Source of the DNA: Christensenellaceae bacterium
GTDB taxonomy: Bacteria > Bacillota > Clostridia > Christensenellales > Borkfalkiaceae
Direction: 5' to 3'
Length of the DNA: 32,818 bases
NCBI GenBank assembly: GCA_045606165.1
Contig: JAZURK010000068.1
Location: forward strand, 1 to 32,818
The stretch's first letter is position 1, and each line of letters opens with the position of its first letter. Under the pieces are notes generated by a model. The model was not told where the DNA came from and ran no database searches. It saw only the letters and a program-made list of their open reading frames with translations. The position numbers and the translations under genes were made by a program. Positions 1-7,763 of this stretch are shown one piece after another.

Positions 1-613
1 ATCATTATACGCCGTCAAATATTCGTGAATTTGACTATTAAAGTTACCTTCTTTAAAATCGCGCGATAAATCAACGTGGATTTCTATATGGACGCCTAAT
101 TTTGTAAAAACAGAATACGTGTCGTCGCCTTCTCGTTTGAATTCATATCCAAGTTTATCAACAAACAACACTTTTAATTGCGGTATAAATTTAGCATCGA
201 TTAAAAGGTCGATATCACTGCTAGTGCGTAGCCAAGGCGCAGGATATAAATTTCTTATTGCGCTACCTTTTAAAATGGTAAAAGGTATTTGGTTTTCTTC
301 AAACTCCTCTGTGATAACGTCAAATTCAAAACGCATTTGTTCGTATCTAAAAAGCGCAAGATTACGCTCTTTTAAAAACTTATTTTTATAATTGCCGTCA
401 ACGTGTAGAAGTCCGCTTTTATCAAGCGCATCGCCAATTAAGTGCGCTAAATCGTGTTTTTTGGCAAGCGAATATAAGTGCGAAATAGTATTGTCGTTAA
501 TAGAGTTTTTTACGGCATCATCAATCGCCGTTTTGCTAATTTCAAAACGGATAAGTGAAAAAAACGCGTTTTCTATCACTTTTTTATCGATTATTTCAAC
601 CGCTTGTTCCATA
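1..613 (-). CDS. Uncharacterised nucleotidyltransferase-family protein (NTP_transf_5-like), 3' end cut by window edge
   Basis: Absent from the ORF track because it runs off the left edge. Manual minus-strand translation from the ATG at 613..611 (SD AAGGAG upstream) gives MEQAVEIIDKKVIENAFFSLIRFE...QIPFTILKGSAIRNLYPAPWLRTSSDIDLLIDAKF...GVHIEIHVDLS, open to position 1. The LKG-x-YP-x-R-x-DIDLL and hIEIH blocks are typical of this family. The plus-strand ORFs 119..391 and 392..673 are antisense shadows. Confidence 0.6.
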
Positions 614-645
614 GAACTCCTTTTACTTATGGCGACAGAGCCTTA

Positions 646-1665
646 TTATCTATTTTTATACATTTTTTCGTAATAGTTTTGATATTCGCCGTTAATAATG
701 TCTTCCCACCATTTACGGTTTTCAAGATACCATTTAATAGTTTTTTTGATACCGTCTTTAAATTTGGTTTCAGGTAACCAGCCAAGTTCCGTATGAATTT
801 TAGTTGGGTCGATAGCATAACGCATATCGTGACCTTTTCTATCGGTAACGTAAGTAATTAAACTTTCAGGCTTACCAAGTTCCTTACAAATAAGTTTTAC
901 TATATCAATGTTTTTCATTTCGTTGTGACCGCCGATATTGTAAACTTCGCCAACTCTACCTTTATGAATAATTAAATCAATGGCTTTACAATGGTCTTCA
1001 ACGTATAACCAATCTCTAACGTTAATACCTTCGCCGTAAACGGGTAAAGATTTATCGTTTAACGCGTTTGCTATCATTAACGGAATAAGTTTTTCAGGGA
1101 AATGGTAAGGTCCGTAGTTATTAGAACAACGGCTAATCGTTACGGGTAAACCATAAGTTCTATTGTATGCTAAAACTAATAAGTCCGCACCCGCTTTACT
1201 AGAACTATAAGGCGAACTTGTATGTATAGGCGTTTGTTCTGTAAAGAATAAATCAGGCCTATCAAGCGGTAAATCGCCGTAAACTTCGTCGGTTGATACT
1301 TGGTGATAACGCTTAATGCCGTATTTACGACAAGCGTCCATAAGTACCGACGTTCCTAAAATATTAGTTTGCAAGAACACGTCGGGATTTTCAATCGACC
1401 TATCAACGTGCGATTCCGCAGCAAAATTAACTATAATATCAGGTTTTTCTTCTTCAAATAAGTTATAAACCGCGGCTCTATCGCAAATATCCGCTTTAAC
1501 AAAACGAAAATTAGGTTTATCTATTACCGATTCTAAAGTGGATAAATTACCAGCGTAGGTAAGTTTATCTAAACATATTATTCTATAATCAGGGTGTTTA
1601 TCCATCATATAAAAAATAAAGTTACTACCGATAAAGCCTGCGCCACCTGTTACAATAATGGTCAT
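646..1665 (-). CDS. rfbB: dTDP-glucose 4,6-dehydratase
   Basis: 339 aa. Has the N-terminal Rossmann motif TGGAGFIGSNF, the catalytic YSSSK motif, and full-length resemblance to RfbB/RmlB (STDEVYG, RCSNNYGPYHFPEKLIP). ATG with SD AGGAG. Confidence 0.95.
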   Translation of the reverse strand: MTIIVTGGAGFIGSNFIFYMMDKHPDYRIICLDKLTYAGNLSTLESVIDKPNFRFVKADICDRAAVYNLFEEEKPDIIVNFAAESHVDRSIENPDVFLQTNILGTSVLMDACRKYGIKRYHQVSTDEVYGDLPLDRPDLFFTEQTPIHTSSPYSSSKAGADLLVLAYNRTYGLPVTISRCSNNYGPYHFPEKLIPLMIANALNDKSLPVYGEGINVRDWLYVEDHCKAIDLIIHKGRVGEVYNIGGHNEMKNIDIVKLICKELGKPESLITYVTDRKGHDMRYAIDPTKIHTELGWLPETKFKDGIKKTIKWYLENRKWWEDIINGEYQNYYEKMYKNR

Positions 1666-1669
1666 AGAA

Positions 1670-2539
1670 TTACTCTCCTTTTGCTAAAGACATTAAATAT
1701 TGCCCGTATTCCGTTTGTTTAAGATTTTCGCCAAGTTTATAAAGTTGTTCTTTAGTGATAAAGCCACGCCTCCAGGCAATTTCCTCAATGCACGAAACGT
1801 AATAACCTTGCATTTCTTGAACGGTTTTAACAAAACCGCTTGCTTTATACATTCCAAGTGGCGAACCCGTATCAAGCCAAACCATACCGCGACCTAAAAG
1901 TTCTACGCTTAATTCGCCCATTTCAAGATAAGCGTTATTAACGGCAGTAATTTCAATCTCTCCACGTTTAGACGGCTTAACGTTTTTAGCAATCTCTACC
2001 ACCCTATTGTCATAAAAATAAAGTCCTGGTACAGCATAGTTAGATTTTGGATTTTGCGGTTTTTCTTCAATAGAAATAACCTTGCGCTCTTTATCAAATT
2101 CTACAACGCCAAATTCCCTTGAATCCTTTACGGGATAACCGAATATAGTAGCGCCTTTTTCTTTTGAAATCGCGCGCTTTAATACTTTAGTTAAATCTTG
2201 ACCGTGGAATACGTTATCGCCAAGAATAAGACAAACGCTATCGTTGCCAATAAATTCTTCACCTAAAATGAAAGCGTCGGCAAGCCCGCGCGGTGCCGTT
2301 TGCACACAATAAGAAAGGTTAATGCCTATATTTTTTCCGTCGCCTAAAAGTTCTTTATACGACTCAATAGCCTCGGGTGTAGAAATTATTAAAATATCTT
2401 TAATTTCTGCTAATAATAAAACTGAAAGCGGATAATATATAAGGGGTTTATCGTATATAGGTAAAAGTTGTTTAGATACCGCTTTAGTCATAGGATATAA
2501 TCTAGTACCTTTTCCACCTGCTAAAATTATACCTTTCAT
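1670..2539 (-). CDS. rfbA: Glucose-1-phosphate thymidylyltransferase
   Basis: 289 aa. [18 protein letters not shown]... with the RmlA-type core (LGDNVF, EKP, YFYD). SD AAGGAG. Lies 4 nt upstream of rfbB. Confidence 0.95.
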   Translation of the reverse strand: MKGIILAGGKGTRLYPMTKAVSKQLLPIYDKPLIYYPLSVLLLAEIKDILIISTPEAIESYKELLGDGKNIGINLSYCVQTAPRGLADAFILGEEFIGNDSVCLILGDNVFHGQDLTKVLKRAISKEKGATIFGYPVKDSREFGVVEFDKERKVISIEEKPQNPKSNYAVPGLYFYDNRVVEIAKNVKPSKRGEIEITAVNNAYLEMGELSVELLGRGMVWLDTGSPLGMYKASGFVKTVQEMQGYYVSCIEEIAWRRGFITKEQLYKLGENLKQTEYGQYLMSLAKGE

Positions 2540-2551
2540 TGATTTTCTCCT

Positions 2552-3643
2552 TTATTTTTTAATAATTATACTGCAAATTTTATCTACTTCTTCGATAGAT
2601 AAGCCTGCATATAAAGGCAAACACAATACCTTTTGAGAATAATTTTTAGCGATTGGAGTGTTTACCGTTAAATCTTTATTAAACTCTTTGTTTTCCGAAA
2701 CTAATGGATAAAAATATTTACGCGCGAAAATACCTTCGTTTGATAATCTAGATACAAGTTGTTCACGACTTTCACCGTACTTATCGCTGTCGATTAAAAT
2801 AGGATAGTACGCGTAATTTTGTTTAACTTTACTATCAAATTTTAATATCGTAATACCGTTTACGTCTTTTAAGTTTTGAGTATATCTATCAAAGGCTGTT
2901 TTACGAAGTAAAAGTTCGCCGTCGATGTGCCTTAAATTGCAAAGCCCCATTGATGCTTGAAATTCGTTCATTTTAGCATTAGTGCCAAAGCACGAAAGTT
3001 CTTCGCCGTTTACACCGAAGTTCCTTTCAAGACAAATTTCTTTAATAAGGCTTTTGTCTTTAAAAGTCAAACATCCACCTTCAATGGTGTGAAAAACCTT
3101 CGTAGCGTGGAAAGAAAACATATTTACGTCACCGTAATTACCTATTGCTATACCGTCATAATACACACCAAAAGCGTGTGCCGAATCGTAAATAACTTTT
3201 AACCCATGCTTGTCCGCTATTTTTTGAATAGCGTTTACGTTACAAACGTTACCATACACGTGAACGGCTAAAATGGCGGAAGTTTTGTCAGTAATTAAAC
3301 TTTCAATCTTACTTTCGTCAATCGTATAATCGGGCTTTACGTCGCAATATACGGGCGTACAGCCTGCTTGTACGATAGCGTTAGTAGTAGATGCGAAAGT
3401 AAACGGAGTAGTTATAATTTCACCTTTAAGTTTAAGGGCTTTTAACGCTACGTAAAGGGCAAGGTGTCCGTTTACGAATAACTCAATATTATCTACTTCT
3501 AGGTAATTTTTAAGTTTTTCTTTTAACTCGTTGTGTTTAGGACCCATATTCGTTAAATGAACTGTATCCCAAATGCTTTTTATTTCTTCACAATACTCTT
3601 CATACGAAGGCATTGAAGATTTAGTAACGTTAATTGTTTTCAT
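2552..3643 (-). CDS. DegT/DnrJ/EryC1/StrS-family PLP sugar aminotransferase, probably acting on dTDP-4-keto-6-deoxyglucose
   Basis: 363 aa. PLP-lysine context FSFHATKVFHTIEGG and the family-typical N-terminus. Sits directly upstream of rfbA-rfbB with no rfbC/rfbD or ketoisomerase nearby. The product stereochemistry (viosamine versus Fuc4N type) cannot be read from sequence. Confidence 0.85.
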   Translation of the reverse strand: MKTINVTKSSMPSYEEYCEEIKSIWDTVHLTNMGPKHNELKEKLKNYLEVDNIELFVNGHLALYVALKALKLKGEIITTPFTFASTTNAIVQAGCTPVYCDVKPDYTIDESKIESLITDKTSAILAVHVYGNVCNVNAIQKIADKHGLKVIYDSAHAFGVYYDGIAIGNYGDVNMFSFHATKVFHTIEGGCLTFKDKSLIKEICLERNFGVNGEELSCFGTNAKMNEFQASMGLCNLRHIDGELLLRKTAFDRYTQNLKDVNGITILKFDSKVKQNYAYYPILIDSDKYGESREQLVSRLSNEGIFARKYFYPLVSENKEFNKDLTVNTPIAKNYSQKVLCLPLYAGLSIEEVDKICSIIIKK

Positions 3644-3941
3644 TACTCGCCCCTTCTTGAGTGGTTTGTTTTACTTCTACTTTTTTCTTTTTTGCGCCAA
3701 CGCTAAAATTGTGTTTGTTTATATACATCGTTATGAGACCTATTATAACGGCTACTGAAGCGCAAACTATAACGTAAGGATAATAGTCGTTATAAATAAA
3801 GTTACAAATTAATTCAGCGGTATTACCACCTATTATTATAGCAATAACAAACGGAATTAAAGGAAGTATGCCTGCAAAAAGCGATACGGCAATAAGCGCG
3901 CCGTAAATTTTATTTAATACGTTAACGATTTTTTCTCTCAT
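3630..3941 (-). CDS. Small 2-TM membrane protein with a lysine-rich C-terminal tail (possible minimal DctQ-like partner of the adjacent permease)
   Basis: The track ORF 3630..4028 is trimmed to the internal ATG at 3941, which has a perfect SD (TAAGGAGGggtagtATG) and avoids a 76-nt overlap with the upstream gene. Two hydrophobic spans (IYGALIAVSLFAGILPLIPFVIAIIIGG and YVIVCASVAVIIGLITMYI). Overlaps the aminotransferase start by 14 nt, suggesting translational coupling. Confidence 0.5.
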   Translation of the reverse strand: MREKIVNVLNKIYGALIAVSLFAGILPLIPFVIAIIIGGNTAELICNFIYNDYYPYVIVCASVAVIIGLITMYINKHNFSVGAKKKKVEVKQTTQEGASNENN

Positions 3942-3952
3942 ACTACCCCTCC

Positions 3953-5314
3953 TTAACCTATCAACCCAAACACTGGCAATAAGCAAAGCATCATTACTAC
4001 CGATAATAGATAATGAATAAGTACCCAAATTATACAGTTTTTAAGTGTTGGCTTTAAATCTGCTTCTGCAATACCCATAGCAATATATACGCAGGTACAG
4101 TAAGGCGGAGTTACACCGTGCATAGCACCGCAAATACAAGGAAGCATAGCAGCCGCCATCATAGGATTACCACCTGCTGCAGCCATCATACTAATTATCA
4201 TACCGCCAAAAATTTTTACTTGTGTAGAACCTGGTATTAACATACCTAATATAGCGGTAAACAGTGGTAAAATAAACGCTAATAATACAATCGGCAAATT
4301 AAATTTAGCAAGGAATTCACCAATGGCAGTGTCTAAATTAATGTCCGCAAATACGTTACTGATAAAGTATGCTACTAATACAAGTGCCGAAGTAGGAACA
4401 ACGCCTTTCATACCTTTGCAAATTTGCGAATATATGTATTTAGGTTTCATTCTTTGTTTAGTTTCTTTATCGGATAAAAAGATACCGCAAATAACTATAA
4501 GCGCTGGAATAAACAATAATATACTATTAGAAAAAGATTTGTATCCCCCACCTAATCTTTCAATAAAGAAACCTTCAAACACGCTTGTAAGTAAAAACGG
4601 AAGGAATACTATTATAGGAAGGAAAATTGCTTTCCAACCTTTTTTCACGGTTGCTTTAAATGAAGGAATATCTTCTTTTTTCATTGCTTCAACTTTATAA
4701 TAACGGCACATAATATACATCGTTATTATCCGTTGAACTAAAAACCAAAGCGCTATACCCCAAAGCAACATCCAAAATTGAGACAACGTGTATGTGTTAG
4801 GGTAAAGTTTATCAAGCGCAGCAAAAGCAACGGCAATCATACCCGCAGGCGGAATCATATTCCCCATCGTACTTGCTTGTGCTTCAATATTTGCTGCTAA
4901 ATGCGGTGGAAACCCCGTCTTTTTCATAGCGGGAATTGTAAATACGCCCGTAGTTGCAACGTTTCCAGGACCGCTACCCGATAAAGAACCCATATATGTA
5001 CTTCCGATTATAGCAACGTAGCCTGCGCCACCTCTCAACCTACCGAATATAGATAAAATTATATTAATACAATCATCTATAACCGATGTTTTCGTCAATA
5101 AATTAGCAGAAATAACGAATACTATAATAACGTATAAACTTGGTTCTTTAAGAGCGTCAAATATGTAAGTCCCTATACTTCCCCAAGTACCAGTAATGGC
5201 TATAAGTACAATAAACGATATTAGCATACCCTCGTGCAAAGGTCGTTTAAATACGATGAAAAATATTATAGCCGTTAAAAACACCGCACCTAAATATAAA
5301 AACTCTATAGGCAT
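3953..5314 (-). CDS. TRAP-transporter large-permease (DctM) family membrane protein, with no cognate binding protein in the window
   Basis: 453 aa polytopic protein. The block GSLSGSGPGNVATTGVFTIPAMKKTGFPPHLAANIEAQASTMGNMIPPA aligns by eye with the DctM signature (SGSS-A-x-G-x-ILPAM-x-GF/Y ... G-x-LIPPS). The C-terminal MHGVTPPYCTCVYIAMGI matches the DctM M-HPPVGLNLYVASGI region. Confidence 0.75.
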   Translation of the reverse strand: MPIEFLYLGAVFLTAIIFFIVFKRPLHEGMLISFIVLIAITGTWGSIGTYIFDALKEPSLYVIIVFVISANLLTKTSVIDDCINIILSIFGRLRGGAGYVAIIGSTYMGSLSGSGPGNVATTGVFTIPAMKKTGFPPHLAANIEAQASTMGNMIPPAGMIAVAFAALDKLYPNTYTLSQFWMLLWGIALWFLVQRIITMYIMCRYYKVEAMKKEDIPSFKATVKKGWKAIFLPIIVFLPFLLTSVFEGFFIERLGGGYKSFSNSILLFIPALIVICGIFLSDKETKQRMKPKYIYSQICKGMKGVVPTSALVLVAYFISNVFADINLDTAIGEFLAKFNLPIVLLAFILPLFTAILGMLIPGSTQVKIFGGMIISMMAAAGGNPMMAAAMLPCICGAMHGVTPPYCTCVYIAMGIAEADLKPTLKNCIIWVLIHYLLSVVMMLCLLPVFGLIG

Positions 5315-6708
5315 TTGTATCTATAATCTCCTTTACAAATTTTATCGCGACTGGTAAAAATATTCGTATCAAATTTTGAAATTACCATATCCTCACCGTT
5401 TTCGTCATAAATCTTTAAAGTTTCATAAATATAATCTGAAACTTCTTTCATTTCTTTATTATCATCACAAACTAAATCAATTTCGCAAAAACGTTGATTT
5501 ACGTTATGCGTTGCTAAAATTTCATCTCCCACTTTAAATCTTTCAAAAACCGCAACGACTTCTTTTCTTTGCCTTATTTTGTCAAGCCCTTCGATTTTAG
5601 AAATCTTACCTTGTTTTAACGTAGGCAACACTTGCCCTACAACTTTACCTTGTATAAATACGTCGTTTTCGTTAAAGAAAGTAGTTTGGTTTGAAACTTC
5701 GCCAGTTAAAGCAAATTCAATCAACGGATATAAAGGATTCTTTCCCGTGGCTATCGTAAACATCCTTTCGTATTCGCCACCTGGCAATCTTAAACCAGGG
5801 TCGTAAAAACGCACGGTATCCCCGTCGACAAACCCTTGCATAAATACGGGAGCATTTACTAGACCTATATCTTGATAAAGTTTTTCTACGCGTTTATGTA
5901 CGTTATCCATATATAATTTCGTAAAAACTGAAGGGGAATGAGAGCCTACTGCAAGTTTATCTAGCCCGTCTTCATATTTACCTAAAATTCTATCTACAGT
6001 TCTTATCGGAAAAGCCTTACCGTGTAGCATAAGTATAGTCATAGAAAAATCGTTGGCTTGTCCCATATATTTTTCAATAACTACTTGACCGTTAGAACTT
6101 TCCTTTTTAGCAAACTCTATACCGTTTAAAGCGTCTTTATAGTTATTGCATATGGATTGTCCACGCGAACCTCGGCTTTCACCTGGTTTTATTAAAATAG
6201 GAAACTCTACTTTTTCGTTACAAGTTTTTTCGCTACTAAAATCTGTTTCGTAATATTCAGGAATAACGTCTACGCCGTTTTTTCGACAGTATTCTTTAAA
6301 TAAGTTTTTATTCGTTAAAATTTCAAATTGCTCTTTATTCCCAAAGCAAGGAAAACCTAAACGTTCGCATATCTCTTGATACGGTTTTTGGCAAGCGTCT
6401 AATGAAGTAGAAATTACCCCGTCGATATTTTCTTTTTTACACATATCTACGATTTCATCGTAATCGGTAATATTGTAAAAATAATATTTATCAGCAATTT
6501 GCTTTGCAGGCGCGCTTTCTAACGGCAAGTAATCGGTAACGTAGGTTATAACGCCCAATTCTTTAGCCGCTTCAACCAACTTACAATGTTGAAACGCTCC
6601 GCCTATTATTAATAATTTTTTTCCTTTTAATTTTTCTATTTTTTGCATTTTTAATTTTTTTATAAAAGCCTTTGCGGAAATTCCCGCTAACATAAGGACT
6701 TTTTTCAC
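5305..6708 (-). CDS. ATP-grasp domain carboxylate-amine ligase (L-amino-acid-ligase / PurK-like class)
   Basis: KKLLIIGGAFQHCKLVEAAKELG pre-ATP-grasp Rossmann-like N-terminus. ATP-grasp core FPILIKPGESRGSRGQSIC ... VVIEKYM ... PVFMQGFV ... FYDPGLRLPGGEY. The start is ambiguous: GTG 6708 (weak SD), ATG 6693 (AAGGTG about 11 nt upstream) or ATG 6648 (no SD). Confidence 0.7.
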   Translation of the reverse strand: MKKVLMLAGISAKAFIKKLKMQKIEKLKGKKLLIIGGAFQHCKLVEAAKELGVITYVTDYLPLESAPAKQIADKYYFYNITDYDEIVDMCKKENIDGVISTSLDACQKPYQEICERLGFPCFGNKEQFEILTNKNLFKEYCRKNGVDVIPEYYETDFSSEKTCNEKVEFPILIKPGESRGSRGQSICNNYKDALNGIEFAKKESSNGQVVIEKYMGQANDFSMTILMLHGKAFPIRTVDRILGKYEDGLDKLAVGSHSPSVFTKLYMDNVHKRVEKLYQDIGLVNAPVFMQGFVDGDTVRFYDPGLRLPGGEYERMFTIATGKNPLYPLIEFALTGEVSNQTTFFNENDVFIQGKVVGQVLPTLKQGKISKIEGLDKIRQRKEVVAVFERFKVGDEILATHNVNQRFCEIDLVCDDNKEMKEVSDYIYETLKIYDENGEDMVISKFDTNIFTSRDKICKGDYRYKCL

Positions 6709-6758
6709 CTTTACAACAATTTTATTTTACAATGATTAAAATTTAACAACCTATAATT

Positions 6759-7763
6759 TTATACTTTTGTAACAACTAATTCTTTAAATATCTTTTTGCC
6801 AGACTGTTGTTTCAACTGATTTTTATCAACCTTTTTACCTAAAACCCAATCAACAATCGCTTTAGGTAAATCACATCCACCTATATGGCTAAAAGGATAT
6901 CCCCCACCAAAGCGGGCATTCATTTCAAGAACGTACGGTTTTTTATCCACCATAAAAACGTCAACGTCCATATTGCCGACGTGTTTAGTTATTTTACCTA
7001 ATCGTTCAAGAGTCTTTTCTATTTCAGTATCACAAACTAATTCAGCAATATCCGTTTCCCCTGCTCTCATCGCAATTTTTTTACGAATGTTTACAGTTTG
7101 AAATTCTCCGTTTAGGTCGTTTATTACATCCGCACCGTATTCCTGCCCGTCTAATAATTCCTGAAAAATTATTTTATCTTCAACAGAATCCGATTCGTAT
7201 TTTAAATAAGATTTATTTATCGTTCTTACGTTTCTACTATAATAATATAGTAATGCAAGTTCATCTTCTGCAATAGATAGAGCAATAGATCCACACCCAA
7301 ATCGCGGTTTTATAACAATAGGATACTTTAACTCTCCCGACTCTAAAGCAAGCATAGTTTTTTGTAACGTCAAATAAGTTTTAGGAACGTTAAATCCATT
7401 TTCTTTTAAAAATAAATAGGTTTTCCATTTATCATTACAAATTTCTATTAATTCAGGGGTAGAAACGATAACTTTAGTTCCTATCTTTTCAAATTTATCC
7501 TTATTTTTAGATAAAATTGGTAAATCTATATCAAATAAAGAAACGACGATATCTATTGAATTTTCTTTGCAATAATTTAATAAAAACGGAACGTACTCTT
7601 CATTATATATCAATGGCGAAATTACTGCCTTATCCGCATAATGAAAAGCAACAGTTTTGTCATCGGAATTACAAACGTGTACGTGCCCATCTTTACCAAG
7701 TACGTCTTTAAAATATTTCACCATATAAGCACGTCTACCAACAGACGTTAATAAAACGTTCAT
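6759..7763 (-). CDS. ATP-grasp domain ligase (carbamoyl-phosphate-synthase-L-like, ATP-grasp_3/4 type common in glycan-modification loci)
   Basis: 334 aa. MNVLLTSVGRRAYMVKYF N-terminus, YPIVIKPRFGCGS, IFQELLDGQEYGADV, and the Mg/ATP loop LEMNARFGGGYP. SD GGAG. The start overlaps the wzx-GNAT stop (TAATG). Confidence 0.75.
   Translation of the reverse strand: MNVLLTSVGRRAYMVKYFKDVLGKDGHVHVCNSDDKTVAFHYADKAVISPLIYNEEYVPFLLNYCKENSIDIVVSLFDIDLPILSKNKDKFEKIGTKVIVSTPELIEICNDKWKTYLFLKENGFNVPKTYLTLQKTMLALESGELKYPIVIKPRFGCGSIALSIAEDELALLYYYSRNVRTINKSYLKYESDSVEDKIIFQELLDGQEYGADVINDLNGEFQTVNIRKKIAMRAGETDIAELVCDTEIEKTLERLGKITKHVGNMDVDVFMVDKKPYVLEMNARFGGGYPFSHIGGCDLPKAIVDWVLGKKVDKNQLKQQSGKKIFKELVVTKV

Noticed and set aside
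119-673. Plus-strand ORFs 119..391 and 392..673 from the track
   Set aside because: Their translations are Ser/Leu/Ile-rich and low in complexity. They lie exactly antisense to a minus-strand reading frame that has a good SD, stays open to the window edge and carries recognisable family motifs. They are shadow ORFs.
627-818. Minus-strand 63-aa ORF overlapping the 3' end of rfbB in another frame; similar nested ORFs at 1693..1875 (-) and 1700..1897 (+)
   Set aside because: They lie entirely inside or overlap high-confidence genes, lack SD sequences, and have basic low-complexity translations typical of off-frame AT-rich sequence.
3942-4028. The 29-codon N-terminal extension of the small membrane protein ORF (track start 4028)
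   Set aside because: It would overlap the 3' end of the DctM-like gene by 76 nt and has no SD. The internal ATG at 3941 is preceded by a perfect AGGAGG.
6709-6758. Possible terminator or promoter in the largest intra-operon gap (upstream of the first ATP-grasp gene)
   Set aside because: No GC-containing stem-loop or acceptably spaced -35/-10 pair was found. Part of the gap may simply reflect uncertainty in the ATP-grasp start codon (6708, 6693 or 6648).
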